A stretch of 64,000 nt of DNA from Chloroflexota bacterium (GTDB taxonomy: Bacteria > Vulcanimicrobiota > JAMCWD01). A program made the translations under genes and the position numbers. A model generated the notes under the pieces. That model worked only from the letters and a program-made list of their open reading frames with translations. It searched no databases and was not told the DNA's origin. Positions within the stretch are counted from its first letter, which is position 1, and each line of letters begins with the position of its first letter. The stretch covers positions 7,691-71,690 of the forward strand of contig JAMCWD010000034.1 in the NCBI GenBank assembly GCA_023475345.1, given 5' to 3'. Positions 8,737-18,077 of this stretch are shown piece after piece.

Positions 8737-9465
8737 CTAGTTCCTGGGGTAAACTATCCTCTGGGTGGCTATGGTCGTTTCTTCCTGTCCCCCGGACTTG
8801 GTAAGCTTCAGGCTCACTATAAAATAAGGGACTTCGTCATAAGAATACATGGTTAAAACCTCGAACTGGGAAACGTTATGTGCTATTATTTTATAATTGC
8901 CTGAAAGGCTGCTTATTTCACTCAGCGGTATTGTCCAGGGGATAGGGTCGGGGGGGAAACTTCCGCTGACAATTTTCCTGACAAGCTGGTTTCCGATGCC
9001 GTCAGGCTCCGGATAAAGGTAATATATAATCCATTTCTGCCACATAGGAAAACCTGTCCCGGGGTCTGTAACGAAATTGTTTGCTGTGTCCCGGGCCGAA
9101 GGCAGCGCAAGGGCATGAGGCGCTTTAACATAAGTTACGGGTGCTTCATCGGCCTGGGCGGTGGAAGCTTCCACCTCGATAATGCTCAGATCATCGGGAT
9201 CCGACGAGAGGGTTCCATGTACGGCAACTTCGGGCGCTTCTACAGTATAATTGGTAATCCATTCCGCCTTGCTTTCGGCCATGTCATTTATAAATACGCT
9301 TTCGGCCACTATTATCTGGTTTTGTAAATCTGCAAGCTTATCACCTGCATTGAAATGATGCAATACCGGGTTCATAAGCTGAAACGACAGGACGAGCACC
9401 GTCGTGAATATGGCAAATGCAATAAGCAATTCAATTATTGTAACGCCGCGCATTTTAACTTTCAC
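8737..9465 (-). CDS. Prepilin-type N-terminal cleavage/methylation domain protein (pseudopilin)
   Basis: N-terminus MRGVTIIELLIAFAIFTTVLV, a class III signal peptide with the conserved E. Confidence 0.75.
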   Translation of the reverse strand: MKVKMRGVTIIELLIAFAIFTTVLVLSFQLMNPVLHHFNAGDKLADLQNQIIVAESVFINDMAESKAEWITNYTVEAPEVAVHGTLSSDPDDLSIIEVEASTAQADEAPVTYVKAPHALALPSARDTANNFVTDPGTGFPMWQKWIIYYLYPEPDGIGNQLVRKIVSGSFPPDPIPWTIPLSEISSLSGNYKIIAHNVSQFEVLTMYSYDEVPYFIVSLKLTKSGGQEETTIATQRIVYPRN

Positions 9466-9968
9466 TGCTGCTGCCTCACAAGCGTCTGAAACGTTAAAGT
9501 CCTCGGGGTGCCCTTAGACCCTGTCAGCATGCGTTCCCATGAAACCTGAACGGTCAACTGCTTAACATCTAACGCCGTATCACCGTCCCGATCTACAAAA
9601 GGCTCAACGCCTACGTAGAAATTATACCTGATGACATGCGTCTTCCCGTCGATAGTGGTTGACTTGATAACATAAGGATACGGCTCCGGGGGAAAAGCCA
9701 TCGGCGTCGAAGGAGAAGCCTGGGGTGTAGGCACCGACCCGTCATAAGCGCCGACGACTACATCATGTTGATCCATGACGCGGATATTTTCAATCAGGCG
9801 GTCTCCCAGGTCAACTGCTATCATATCATCGGCGGTGCCTTTTATTCTGAAGAAAGAATCCGGCACAAGGGCACCGATGCTGAGTATCATGAGAAACAAA
9901 AACGATATCGATATCATGATCTCAAGGAGGGTGAAACCCGGCGAAATACCTCTTCTTATTCCCTTCAC
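9462..9968 (-). CDS. Prepilin-type N-terminal cleavage/methylation domain protein (pseudopilin)
   Basis: N-terminus GFTLLEIMISISFLFLMILS. Its stop overlaps the next pseudopilin start by 4 nt. Confidence 0.75.
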   Translation of the reverse strand: MKGIRRGISPGFTLLEIMISISFLFLMILSIGALVPDSFFRIKGTADDMIAVDLGDRLIENIRVMDQHDVVVGAYDGSVPTPQASPSTPMAFPPEPYPYVIKSTTIDGKTHVIRYNFYVGVEPFVDRDGDTALDVKQLTVQVSWERMLTGSKGTPRTLTFQTLVRQQQ

Positions 9969-10139
9969 AACTTAATAATAAATACTATTTGGTTTTTCCG
10001 CAATACCCCGGATCTCGATTTTTTTCCCGATCCCCTTGGTTTCCATATATTTCACCCCCGCGAAGGAGGCTTCTCTCTAAAATTCATTCCCCTCATCCGA
10101 GGGTTATCTCTAGCGTGTTGGATCAAACATGTCCCCAAA

Positions 10140-10163
10140 AGAAAAAAGGCCTTGGGGCCTTTA
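10140..10163 (-). terminator. Rho-independent terminator downstream of the sigma factor gene
   Basis: On the minus strand: AAGGCC-ccaa-GGCCTT followed by a T-run. Confidence 0.65.
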
Positions 10164-10187
10164 ATGCAGACTTTCAAAAAGGTTCTT

Positions 10188-11225
10188 TTACAGCCACTGC
10201 GTCTGGATCATGACCTCACGAAGTTTTCTGAGCGCATCTTCTTCTTTCTGTCTTATTCTTTCTTTACTGATCCCGAATTCCTGGCTGATTTCCTGGAGCG
10301 TATGCTGTGCGCCGTCAACGAGGCCGAACCTCAACGCAATGATTTTCTTTTCTCTATCGGTAAGCGTGTTGAACAACTCACCCAGTTCCGTGCTTAAAAT
10401 AGGCGGCTCGTCACGCCCTTCGGAAGGTATAAGATCGCCGATGCAGGCTTCCTCATCGCCTATAGGGGCTTCAAGGGACACCGGCTCCTGGGCCACGGTT
10501 AAAATCGACCTGAGCCTTTTCAGCGCTTCATCTTCCTGTTCTTTTATCTTTTCTTTTACGCGTTCATCGTCGATATCTATATTTTTCTTCATGCTGCGAG
10601 AAATTTTGCGCCGAATTTTTTCGTCCGAAACAGGGAAAAGCTGTTCGCTGATCTCTTTTAAAGAAGGGGGGCATCCTTCATTTTGAGTCCCTTTGACGCA
10701 AATCTGGACAAACCTCTGGAAAACTTCCTCGATATGAACCGGGAGCCTTATCGTGCGTCCCTGGTTGGCTATGCCGCGGATTATGGACTGCCTTATCCAC
10801 CATGTGGCATAAGTAGCGAACCGGCAGCCGCGGTCCGGATCGAATTTTTCTACGGCTTCCATGAGGCCCATGTTCCCTTCCTGGATAAGATCCTGAAGAG
10901 GGAGACCCAGTCCCATAAATTTTTTCGCAATGCTGATAACCAGCCTCAGGTTTGCTTCGATGAGCTGGCGCCTTGCCTCTTCCTCATTTTTTGCAATCCT
11001 TCTGGCAAGCTCTTTCTCTTCATCGGCGGTCAAAAGGTTGATCTTACAAACGTCTCTGAAGTAAAAATTAAGACTTGAATTATCACTTTCCCTCAGCACA
11101 TGTGTGCCTCCGGCCTTGCGCTTGCGAGGACTGGCCGTCTTACCTTTGGCCGGGGGCCTTCTCGTTTTCAGCCCCTTGCCGTTACCCGGTCTCCTGAGTC
11201 TTTTTGTTTCTTCTACTGCTAACAT
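10188..11225 (-). CDS. RNA polymerase sigma-70 family factor (RpoD/SigA-like)
   Basis: [59 protein letters not shown], and region 4 [17 protein letters not shown]. It has a basic N-terminal tail and an insertion of about 35 aa before AQEPVSLE. Confidence 0.9.
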   Translation of the reverse strand: MLAVEETKRLRRPGNGKGLKTRRPPAKGKTASPRKRKAGGTHVLRESDNSSLNFYFRDVCKINLLTADEEKELARRIAKNEEEARRQLIEANLRLVISIAKKFMGLGLPLQDLIQEGNMGLMEAVEKFDPDRGCRFATYATWWIRQSIIRGIANQGRTIRLPVHIEEVFQRFVQICVKGTQNEGCPPSLKEISEQLFPVSDEKIRRKISRSMKKNIDIDDERVKEKIKEQEDEALKRLRSILTVAQEPVSLEAPIGDEEACIGDLIPSEGRDEPPILSTELGELFNTLTDREKKIIALRFGLVDGAQHTLQEISQEFGISKERIRQKEEDALRKLREVMIQTQWL

Positions 11226-11330
11226 TTCTTTTACCCCCTTCTATAATAAAGTACATAGAGTAAACAACGCATCATCCCCCGGAATGATTTGCTCATTTCC
11301 CGAATCATACGAGGGTATAATAATCTAAAA

Positions 11331-11362
11331 GAAAAAATCCGGACCTTTCCGGCCCGGATTTT
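11331..11362 (-). terminator. Rho-independent terminator downstream of the radical SAM gene
   Basis: On the minus strand: AATCCGGGCC-ggaaa-GGTCCGGATT (10 bp including one G-U pair) followed by TTTTTT. Confidence 0.75.
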
Positions 11363-11462
11363 GAAAGTTTTTTTCCCGGTCATACAAGAAAACGTAACTT
11401 GATTACAACACCGCCCGATAAAACAATGTTTTCTATCGGGCAGCAGCGTGTAAAAATAAAGC

Positions 11463-12602
11463 CTAACTTGCCCAGAGCAAAAGCTGGAACCCGGCCTGTT
11501 CGTCCATGAAAGCTTTCCCGTTCAGAAGAATATAAGGTCTTGCTCTCCCGACGATTACACCCATTTTTTTCAAATCTTCCAGGCGGTGGATGCGTCCCTC
11601 TTCCCGTTCTTTCAATATCCGCAAAGCTGAAACCGGGCCTATACCAGGGACGCGGAGCAGATCGCTTTTTTCAGCCTTATTTATTTCCACGGGGAACCTG
11701 GCCGGGTTTGCATCGGCCCAGGTCTGCTTGGGGTCGGACTCAAGTGTAAGGTTGTTTTCGGGCGCAAAAAGCAGCTCTTCAAATTTGAACCCGTATTTTC
11801 TAAAAAGGAAATCCGCCTGGTAAAGCCTGTGTTCCCTTATGAGAGGTACCCCTGTCATCCCCTCCCAGAGCCTGCCGGACGGAGGCTGAAAAGCACTGAA
11901 ATATACCCGGCTCAAATTTGCTTCCCTGTAAAGCTGCCACGTGCGGCCCAGGATCTGCCTGTCTGTCTCGCCTGCCGCTCCCACCACGAACTGTGTCGTC
12001 TGATCGCATGACGGCGTTTCGATTTTATCCTGAAGGTTCTTCACCCATGCTATGGGACGGAGTATCTGGGAAAGGAGATCTTTTTCCCCGGCGACCCTGG
12101 CAAGCGTCTCCGACGTAGGACACTCGACATTTATCGAAACCCTCGTTGCAAGCGACACGGCACGCTCAACAAGATCAAAAGGGACGCCCGGAAGGATCTT
12201 GAGATGGATGTAGCCTCTATATTTATGGCGCAGCCGCAAAAATTCGACGGCCTTCAACATCCTCTCCATCGTCTTTGGAGCGGTATCGGGGATTGCAGAC
12301 GTCAGAAAAAGCCCGGAGACAAGACCCCTGTTTTTGAGATCGAGAAATACCCGCACGAGCTCTTCGGGCGTAAAGCTATAGCGGGGCCTTTTGTTGCTCC
12401 GCCTGTTGATGCAGTAGATACAATCGCGGGAGCAGGCATCGGTCAGCAGGACTTTGAAAAGAAAAACACTCTTTCCCGAAGGCAGGGCCGCCGGGTAAAT
12501 CCAGCGGTACGGGCTTTCTTTCGTTCGGTTGGTCCCGGGACCGCAAGCGCACGAAAGGTCGAACCGCGCACCCTCGGTTAATATGTTCAGCCTTTTCTCC
12601 AT
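11463..12602 (-). CDS. Putative DNA modification/repair radical SAM protein with a C-terminal helix-hairpin-helix
   Basis: CSRDCIYC (a CX3CX2C cluster motif) and C-terminal LLRVPGIGPVSALRILKER (HhH). Confidence 0.7.
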   Translation of the reverse strand: MEKRLNILTEGARFDLSCACGPGTNRTKESPYRWIYPAALPSGKSVFLFKVLLTDACSRDCIYCINRRSNKRPRYSFTPEELVRVFLDLKNRGLVSGLFLTSAIPDTAPKTMERMLKAVEFLRLRHKYRGYIHLKILPGVPFDLVERAVSLATRVSINVECPTSETLARVAGEKDLLSQILRPIAWVKNLQDKIETPSCDQTTQFVVGAAGETDRQILGRTWQLYREANLSRVYFSAFQPPSGRLWEGMTGVPLIREHRLYQADFLFRKYGFKFEELLFAPENNLTLESDPKQTWADANPARFPVEINKAEKSDLLRVPGIGPVSALRILKEREEGRIHRLEDLKKMGVIVGRARPYILLNGKAFMDEQAGFQLLLWAS

Positions 12603-12803
12603 AACTTAAATGTTACAATTAAGCCCATCCGCCGTCAAGGAATGAAGGCCGTTTTGTTATTCGTACGTTCTGCCTGTAATGATTGGAAAGCAATTCTTTC
12701 CATGTAACATTTTCTCGGATTAATTAAGGAGAACAATATCACAGACGGATAGCAGGGTTCGATTAGCGTCATGTAAGCAAAAAGCGGTGCCGGCGCGGCA
12801 GTA

Positions 12804-13817
12804 TCAGGGGGCGGCATTTTTCCCGCTGTAACGGGCGGAAAGAACCCTGCATGCACTTGAAAGATTTTTTACCGGTATCAATTTCATCCCGTAGGTCTTA
12901 TCTTTATATTCCTTATACTGCCCCTCGGGTATAAGAAATATTTTTGCGCCCACATTCCTTGCCCCTTTTAATTTCAAATCTATGCCTTCCACTTCCCCTA
13001 CGTTCCCCTGCGCGTCTATAGTGCCGCTCCCGGCAATTTTCTCATCCTTGAATTTTACACCTTTTAGCTGCCTTATGATCTCAAGACTGAAAATCAGCCC
13101 CGCCGAACTCCCGTTGATAAAATGCGTCTTTATATCTATTTTTACAGGCAATTTATCGACTTCAACATAATTCAGCGGACGAAAGCCTATAATTTTTCGC
13201 CCGTGATAATTTATAAGCTCTATGTGACGCTTAAACGCCGATTTCTCACGCTCGAAAATTACAGGGATTTTTTTATCTTCGGGCCAATCTTTTAAAATAG
13301 AAGCCAGACCTTCGGAAGAATGCACTTTTTTTCCACCGGCAAAAATTACCAGGTCGCCCCGTTGTATTATGCCTTTCGACTTGCTTTCGGGCAAAAGTGA
13401 CATGACAATGACGCCTTCTCTTTTTATCGGGATCTTATATCCGGAATATTTAAGGGCGGCAATCGAGGCCATTATCTTGCTTTCCGCCATCTGCTCTTTC
13501 ATTTCTCTGTCATAGGTGGATAAGCATTTGCCCCCGGTTTTGCTTTGGGGTACAAGCTCCCAATCGGGGAAAACGGATGCTCCCAGGGTCAATAAAACAT
13601 TGGCCTGCTGCTGAAAAATGGTCGTCAGGTAAAACTTGCCGGGCGCGGATTTGTCCCCGCCTTCGACGGCTACAATATTATCGGCCTCAACCGCTTCCCC
13701 GGGGGCTCTCAAGCAATATGGCGTCGGTATGAACCATAAAATTATCAACGCTATGACAAAAACAAGAAGAGCTTTTAAAATTCTTTTCAAAGACAAGCTT
13801 CTTCTGCTTGCAGACAT
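12804..13817 (-). CDS. Membrane-anchored PDZ + Lon-protease-like (S16) serine protease, YlbL/SepM-like
   Basis: An N-terminal TM segment, a central PDZ-like region (IIQRGDLVIFAGGKKV), and a C-terminal GSSAGLIFSLEI...GSGTIDAQGNVGEVEGIDLKLKGA. Confidence 0.7.
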   Translation of the reverse strand: MSASRRSLSLKRILKALLVFVIALIILWFIPTPYCLRAPGEAVEADNIVAVEGGDKSAPGKFYLTTIFQQQANVLLTLGASVFPDWELVPQSKTGGKCLSTYDREMKEQMAESKIMASIAALKYSGYKIPIKREGVIVMSLLPESKSKGIIQRGDLVIFAGGKKVHSSEGLASILKDWPEDKKIPVIFEREKSAFKRHIELINYHGRKIIGFRPLNYVEVDKLPVKIDIKTHFINGSSAGLIFSLEIIRQLKGVKFKDEKIAGSGTIDAQGNVGEVEGIDLKLKGARNVGAKIFLIPEGQYKEYKDKTYGMKLIPVKNLSSACRVLSARYSGKNAAP

Positions 13818-13908
13818 CGCTATATGCCTCGGCCTCCCGTATTCGAAACGGTCTCATGACAGGCTGTCCGCCGACAGCCTGCCGGGGTGATGATTGTAAT
13901 ATATCCGC

Positions 13909-14505
13909 TTATTCGGCCAATTTTTTCTGGGGCAATATCTGCTGGCGTGCAGCTTTGACCGCCTCGTGAATGCGGCCGGTCTCGGTTTCCATGCCCATAA
14001 ATATTTTTCTTAAATAATCTTCGGCGGCCTTTGTAGTGGCTTCGGCACCGGCTTCCGCCTCGGAGGTAACTTTTCTGCTGTACTGGTCGGCACGCTGGAG
14101 CATATCTTCGGCTTTCCTGTCGGCTGCGTTGATCGTATCCTGCGCTTTCTTATCCGCTTCTTTCAGCATGTCCTCGGCTTTCTCACGCGCCCTCAGGACG
14201 ATCTCGTGCTCGGAAGTGAGCCGTGCCCCTTCTTCGGTCGAGGCTTTGAGGATCTCTTTCGAGCGGGCCTGGGCTTCGGCGATAATTTTATCGGATTTTT
14301 CCTGGGCCTCCTTCAGGATCCTCTGGCTCTCCTTGGAAACCCAGCGGGCCTGTTTTATCTCGTCGGGCACACTGGCCTTTATTTTCGTTATCTGGTCAAG
14401 CATCTTGTCTTTTTCCACCAGTACCGTATCCTTCCAGGGCCACGGCAATTTCGATGCGCTTGCTATCGTAGTTTCCATCCTGTCAAGTGCGCGGAATATA
14501 CTCAT
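13909..14505 (-). CDS. Coiled-coil protein (ATP synthase b/E-like low-complexity helices); function unknown
   Basis: Long K/E/A-rich heptad-like sequence (KEAQEKSDKIIAEAQARSKEIL...). Sits between coaD and the ylbL-like gene. Confidence 0.35.
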   Translation of the reverse strand: MSIFRALDRMETTIASASKLPWPWKDTVLVEKDKMLDQITKIKASVPDEIKQARWVSKESQRILKEAQEKSDKIIAEAQARSKEILKASTEEGARLTSEHEIVLRAREKAEDMLKEADKKAQDTINAADRKAEDMLQRADQYSRKVTSEAEAGAEATTKAAEDYLRKIFMGMETETGRIHEAVKAARQQILPQKKLAE

Positions 14506-14508
14506 TTT

Positions 14509-15015
14509 CTATTCCTCCTCCTGCTGCTGATTCTGGAGATTTGCATACTTCGCCTGAAGGCGCTCACTCACATACGGCGGAACCAGGCAATCGGCTTTTC
14601 CGCCAAGCCTGTATATATCCTTCACCATGCTGGAGCTTAAAAAAGCATATTTATCCGATGTCATCAGAAATATCGTTTCCTGGCTTTCGGCCAGTTTCCT
14701 GTTCATCAGGGCCATCTGGAACTCGATATCAAAATCCGACAGCGCCCTCAGCCCTTTAACGACTATACGGGCGCCCATCTCACTGACGAAATTAACGAGG
14801 AGGCCGGAAAAACGCTCCACCCTCACATTGGGAATATCGGCCGTAACCTTTCTTAATATATCCACCCTCTCTTCCAGTGTGAAAAGCGGGGACTTTGAAG
14901 GATTGACAAGCACCCCGACAATAAGCTCGTCCACAAGGGTGGATGCCCTTTTTATAATATCAAGATGCCCGTAGGTTACCGGGTCGAAACTTCCGGGATA
15001 TACCGCTCTCTTCAC
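14509..15015 (-). CDS. coaD: Phosphopantetheine adenylyltransferase
   Basis: AVYPGSFDPVTYGHLDII and ISSSMV-type C-terminal motifs, 168 aa. Confidence 0.92.
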   Translation of the reverse strand: MKRAVYPGSFDPVTYGHLDIIKRASTLVDELIVGVLVNPSKSPLFTLEERVDILRKVTADIPNVRVERFSGLLVNFVSEMGARIVVKGLRALSDFDIEFQMALMNRKLAESQETIFLMTSDKYAFLSSSMVKDIYRLGGKADCLVPPYVSERLQAKYANLQNQQQEEE

Positions 15016-15081
15016 TTTTTCCTTCTTTCAATTCATAAGGCGGCCACCGTCCGCCTCTTATTCAGGGGATAATCTTCTATT

Positions 15082-15591
15082 CTACGACTTGGAATCCTCC
15101 CGGATGATCCTGAAAAAGGAAAGCCTTGTTTCTCCGTAAGATTTCTGTTTAAAAAGTTCCACGTTTTCAGGATATGCGGGGCTGTTTTTATGATGATGCT
15201 CAACAACCGCCCGGCCGCCGGGAGCAAGAAGATTTTTTTCGGCAATTAAGAAGATCGCCTTCTCTCCGAGGTCGCTGTCATAAGGCGGATCGATAAAAAT
15301 AATATCGAACTCCTGTTTCAGCTTTTTCAATACCGAAAGCGCATCCCCCCTGAAAACCTTCGCCCTTTCAGCAAAACCGGCTTCCTTTACCATGCTTCGA
15401 ATCCTCGATGCCATCATGCCCAGCTTCTCGCAAAAAACCACCAGGGACGCCCCGCTTTCCAGCGCTTCAAGCCCTATGGCGCCGCTCCCGGCAAAAAGAT
15501 CCAGGAACCTTGAACCCCTGACTTCTTCACCGAGTATGGAAAACAAAGCTTCCGTTACCTTCGAAGTGGTGGGTCTTACTTTCGGCTTCAT
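15082..15591 (-). CDS. rsmD: 16S rRNA (guanine966-N2)-methyltransferase
   Basis: RPTTSKV.EALF..L, LDLFAGSGA.GLEALS.GA, IIFIDPPY. Confidence 0.85.
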   Translation of the reverse strand: MKPKVRPTTSKVTEALFSILGEEVRGSRFLDLFAGSGAIGLEALESGASLVVFCEKLGMMASRIRSMVKEAGFAERAKVFRGDALSVLKKLKQEFDIIFIDPPYDSDLGEKAIFLIAEKNLLAPGGRAVVEHHHKNSPAYPENVELFKQKSYGETRLSFFRIIREDSKS

Positions 15592-15614
15592 CCAGTCTCC
15601 TCGGATTAGATTGA

Positions 15615-18044
15615 TCAGTGCAGTCTCGAAAGGCGGCGGCCGTAATGCCTGAAAAGCTTTTCCCGGAGCGGCCCGTACTCCTCCTTTTCCAGTTCGCCCG
15701 AATCCACCAGCAGCCTGGCTTCCTTACGTGCGCTGTCCAGGAGGGGGAGGTCCATTATTATATCGGCCATTTTCAAATCCGTTATCCCGTGCTGCCTGGT
15801 ACCGGCAAATTCGCCCGGGCCTCTCAATTTAAGATCTTCCTCTGCAACTTTAAAGCCGTCCGTATATTTTGTTATGACCTCGAGGCGGCTTTTCCCTATG
15901 TCGGTCTTCGGCTCCGAAATAAGGATACAATATGACTGCTGCTTACTCCTCCCCACGCGGCCCCTCAACTGGTGGAGCTGGGAAAGGCCGAAGCGTTCGG
16001 CATTCTCTATAAGCATGACTGCCGCGCCGGGCACGTCAACTCCCACCTCGACTACGGTCGTTGATATCAGGACATCGGTCCCGCCCGTCCTGAACCTCTC
16101 CATTATCTCGTCTTTTTCTTTTCCTTTCATGCGCCCGTGGAGGAGATCTACTTTCAAATCCGGGAAAACAATGTTCTTGAGACGTCCGGCCTCCTCTATG
16201 GCCGATTGGACCTCAAGCCTGTCGCTTTCCTCGATGACGGGGCATATAATAAAAGTCTGGAGACCCTTCCCCGCCGCCTTGCGTATGAAATCGAAGATCT
16301 TCTCTTCCTTATCCCTTCCTACATGAACTGTCCTGACAGGCAGGCGGCCGGGAGGCATCTCGTCAATAACCGAGATGTCGAGATCCCCGTAAAGAGTCAG
16401 GGCAAGAGTCCGCGGGATTGGAGTTGCGGTCATGACGAGAATATCGGGATTCCTGCCTTTTTCCAGCAGGCTCGCCCTCTGTAATACCCCGAACCTGTGC
16501 TGCTCGTCGATAACCGCAAGCGCCAGGTTTTTGAATCCCACGTCTTCCTGGATTATCGCATGCGTCCCGACAATGACTTTAATCTCGCCGCTTGCCAGCC
16601 CTTCGAGAATTTTCTCCCGCTTTTTCCCTTTAACATCCGAAGTCAGGCATTCGACCTCAATCCCCAGCGGGTTTAGATATTCCCCGAATTTCCTGAGGTG
16701 CTGGAAAGCCAGGATCTCCGTAGGCGCCATGACCGCAGCCTGGTAGCCCGATTTTACCGCGGCGTAAACCCCGAGCGCCGACACCGCGGTTTTCCCGGAA
16801 CCGACATCGCCCTGGAGGAGCCTGCTCATGGGCTTTTCCGAATCAAGGTCTTCAAGGATCTCGTTCATCACCCGCGCCTGTGCCGCGGTGAGCTTGAACG
16901 GGAGAGCGCCCGCAAACGAACCGAGGAAACCATCCGGAATATCGTAACGCCTCTGCCTTAAAACGCTTGCCCTCCCCTTGCGCATTAGCGCGACCTGCAG
17001 TTGTAGCAGCAGCAGTTCTTCGAACGCAAGCCTTGTCCTGGCCCTGTCGCGGCGGCTCTCGCCGGACGGGAAGTGGATCTCCCTCAACGCTTCGGGATAG
17101 CCCATAAGGTTGAGCCTATTTTTTAATTCGGGCGGGATGGCATCGACGAGTTCTTCTTCCAGCGATTCAAATGCGGTCTTCACTATTTTCCTGAGGTAAC
17201 GCTGGCCGATGCCCTCGGTCGCAGGATATACCGGTACTATCCTCCCGGTATGGATAGGGTCGGAATCCGTAAGGGTCTCTATCTCCGGCGAGATCATCTC
17301 TCTGCCGCTCGGAAAATGCCTGACTTTTCCGTAAGCTATTATCCTGTTTCCTATTTTCAGAGATCTTGCAAGGTAAGGCTGGTTAAAAAAAGTAATGATG
17401 ATGGCGTCGCTGTCATCTTCCACAAGGATCTTGTTGATATTCAGTCCTCTCCTGGCCATCCTGCGCGAAGCGTCTATTATATTCCCGGATATCACCGCCC
17501 ACTCGTCGTCATGGACATCTTTTATCCGCCTGAAGTTGGTCCTGTCCTCGTGCCTTCTCGGGAAGTGAAATAACAAATCCTCCACTGTTTTTATGCCCAG
17601 CCGTTCCAGCTTCCCTGCCATCTTGGGCCCGACGCCCTTTAAATATTGGATGGAAGAATTTAATATTACATGTTGTTTGCCGGGAGAATTTTTTCGGACC
17701 TTATCGCCCGCTGAGGTTTTATCTTCTTTAATGACGACCGGATTCTTACGGACAGGATCTTTCCATTTTATTTTCTCAAGATCTTTGATGACGGGTATTG
17801 CCTGAGCCAGGACTTTACGCCTTTCGGGGATTGTGTCTCTGTTGTAGTCGGCAAAAATGCCGTCCAAAAACTTCAACTTTTCAAGGGCGTCTTTCCGGTC
17901 TGTTCTTTCGCTCAACCGGGTCGTAACTGATTTTATGTAAGACGCTACACCGCCTGCTACGGCCTTATCCCGCGCCCCATCCGATCTTTCCTTCCGGAGC
18001 GCTTCTCGGGCATTGTCCAGAATATCTCCGGCAGAGGTATCCAA
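15615..18044 (-). CDS. recG: ATP-dependent DNA helicase RecG with an N-terminal extension of about 128 aa
   Basis: IQYLKGVGPK...FHFPRRHEDR (wedge region), GDVGSGKT, DEQHRFG, QLHQLRGRVGR. Confidence 0.92.
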   Translation of the reverse strand: MDTSAGDILDNAREALRKERSDGARDKAVAGGVASYIKSVTTRLSERTDRKDALEKLKFLDGIFADYNRDTIPERRKVLAQAIPVIKDLEKIKWKDPVRKNPVVIKEDKTSAGDKVRKNSPGKQHVILNSSIQYLKGVGPKMAGKLERLGIKTVEDLLFHFPRRHEDRTNFRRIKDVHDDEWAVISGNIIDASRRMARRGLNINKILVEDDSDAIIITFFNQPYLARSLKIGNRIIAYGKVRHFPSGREMISPEIETLTDSDPIHTGRIVPVYPATEGIGQRYLRKIVKTAFESLEEELVDAIPPELKNRLNLMGYPEALREIHFPSGESRRDRARTRLAFEELLLLQLQVALMRKGRASVLRQRRYDIPDGFLGSFAGALPFKLTAAQARVMNEILEDLDSEKPMSRLLQGDVGSGKTAVSALGVYAAVKSGYQAAVMAPTEILAFQHLRKFGEYLNPLGIEVECLTSDVKGKKREKILEGLASGEIKVIVGTHAIIQEDVGFKNLALAVIDEQHRFGVLQRASLLEKGRNPDILVMTATPIPRTLALTLYGDLDISVIDEMPPGRLPVRTVHVGRDKEEKIFDFIRKAAGKGLQTFIICPVIEESDRLEVQSAIEEAGRLKNIVFPDLKVDLLHGRMKGKEKDEIMERFRTGGTDVLISTTVVEVGVDVPGAAVMLIENAERFGLSQLHQLRGRVGRSKQQSYCILISEPKTDIGKSRLEVITKYTDGFKVAEEDLKLRGPGEFAGTRQHGITDLKMADIIMDLPLLDSARKEARLLVDSGELEKEEYGPLREKLFRHYGRRLSRLH

Positions 18045-18077
18045 TTTCCCTCCAAAAAGCAGCGGTGGAAAAGCCTG

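Noticed and set aside
12755-12765. gggttcgatta, resembling a tRNA T-loop
   Set aside because: The flanking sequence offers no complementary T-stem, acceptor stem or anticodon arm. I found no tRNA in the window.
12603-12803. 200-nt gap between the ylbL-like and radical SAM genes, as a candidate ncRNA
   Set aside because: It holds only a short hairpin (GGAAAGcaattCTTTCC) and no recognisable family signature. It is most simply the promoter and 5' UTR of the radical SAM gene.
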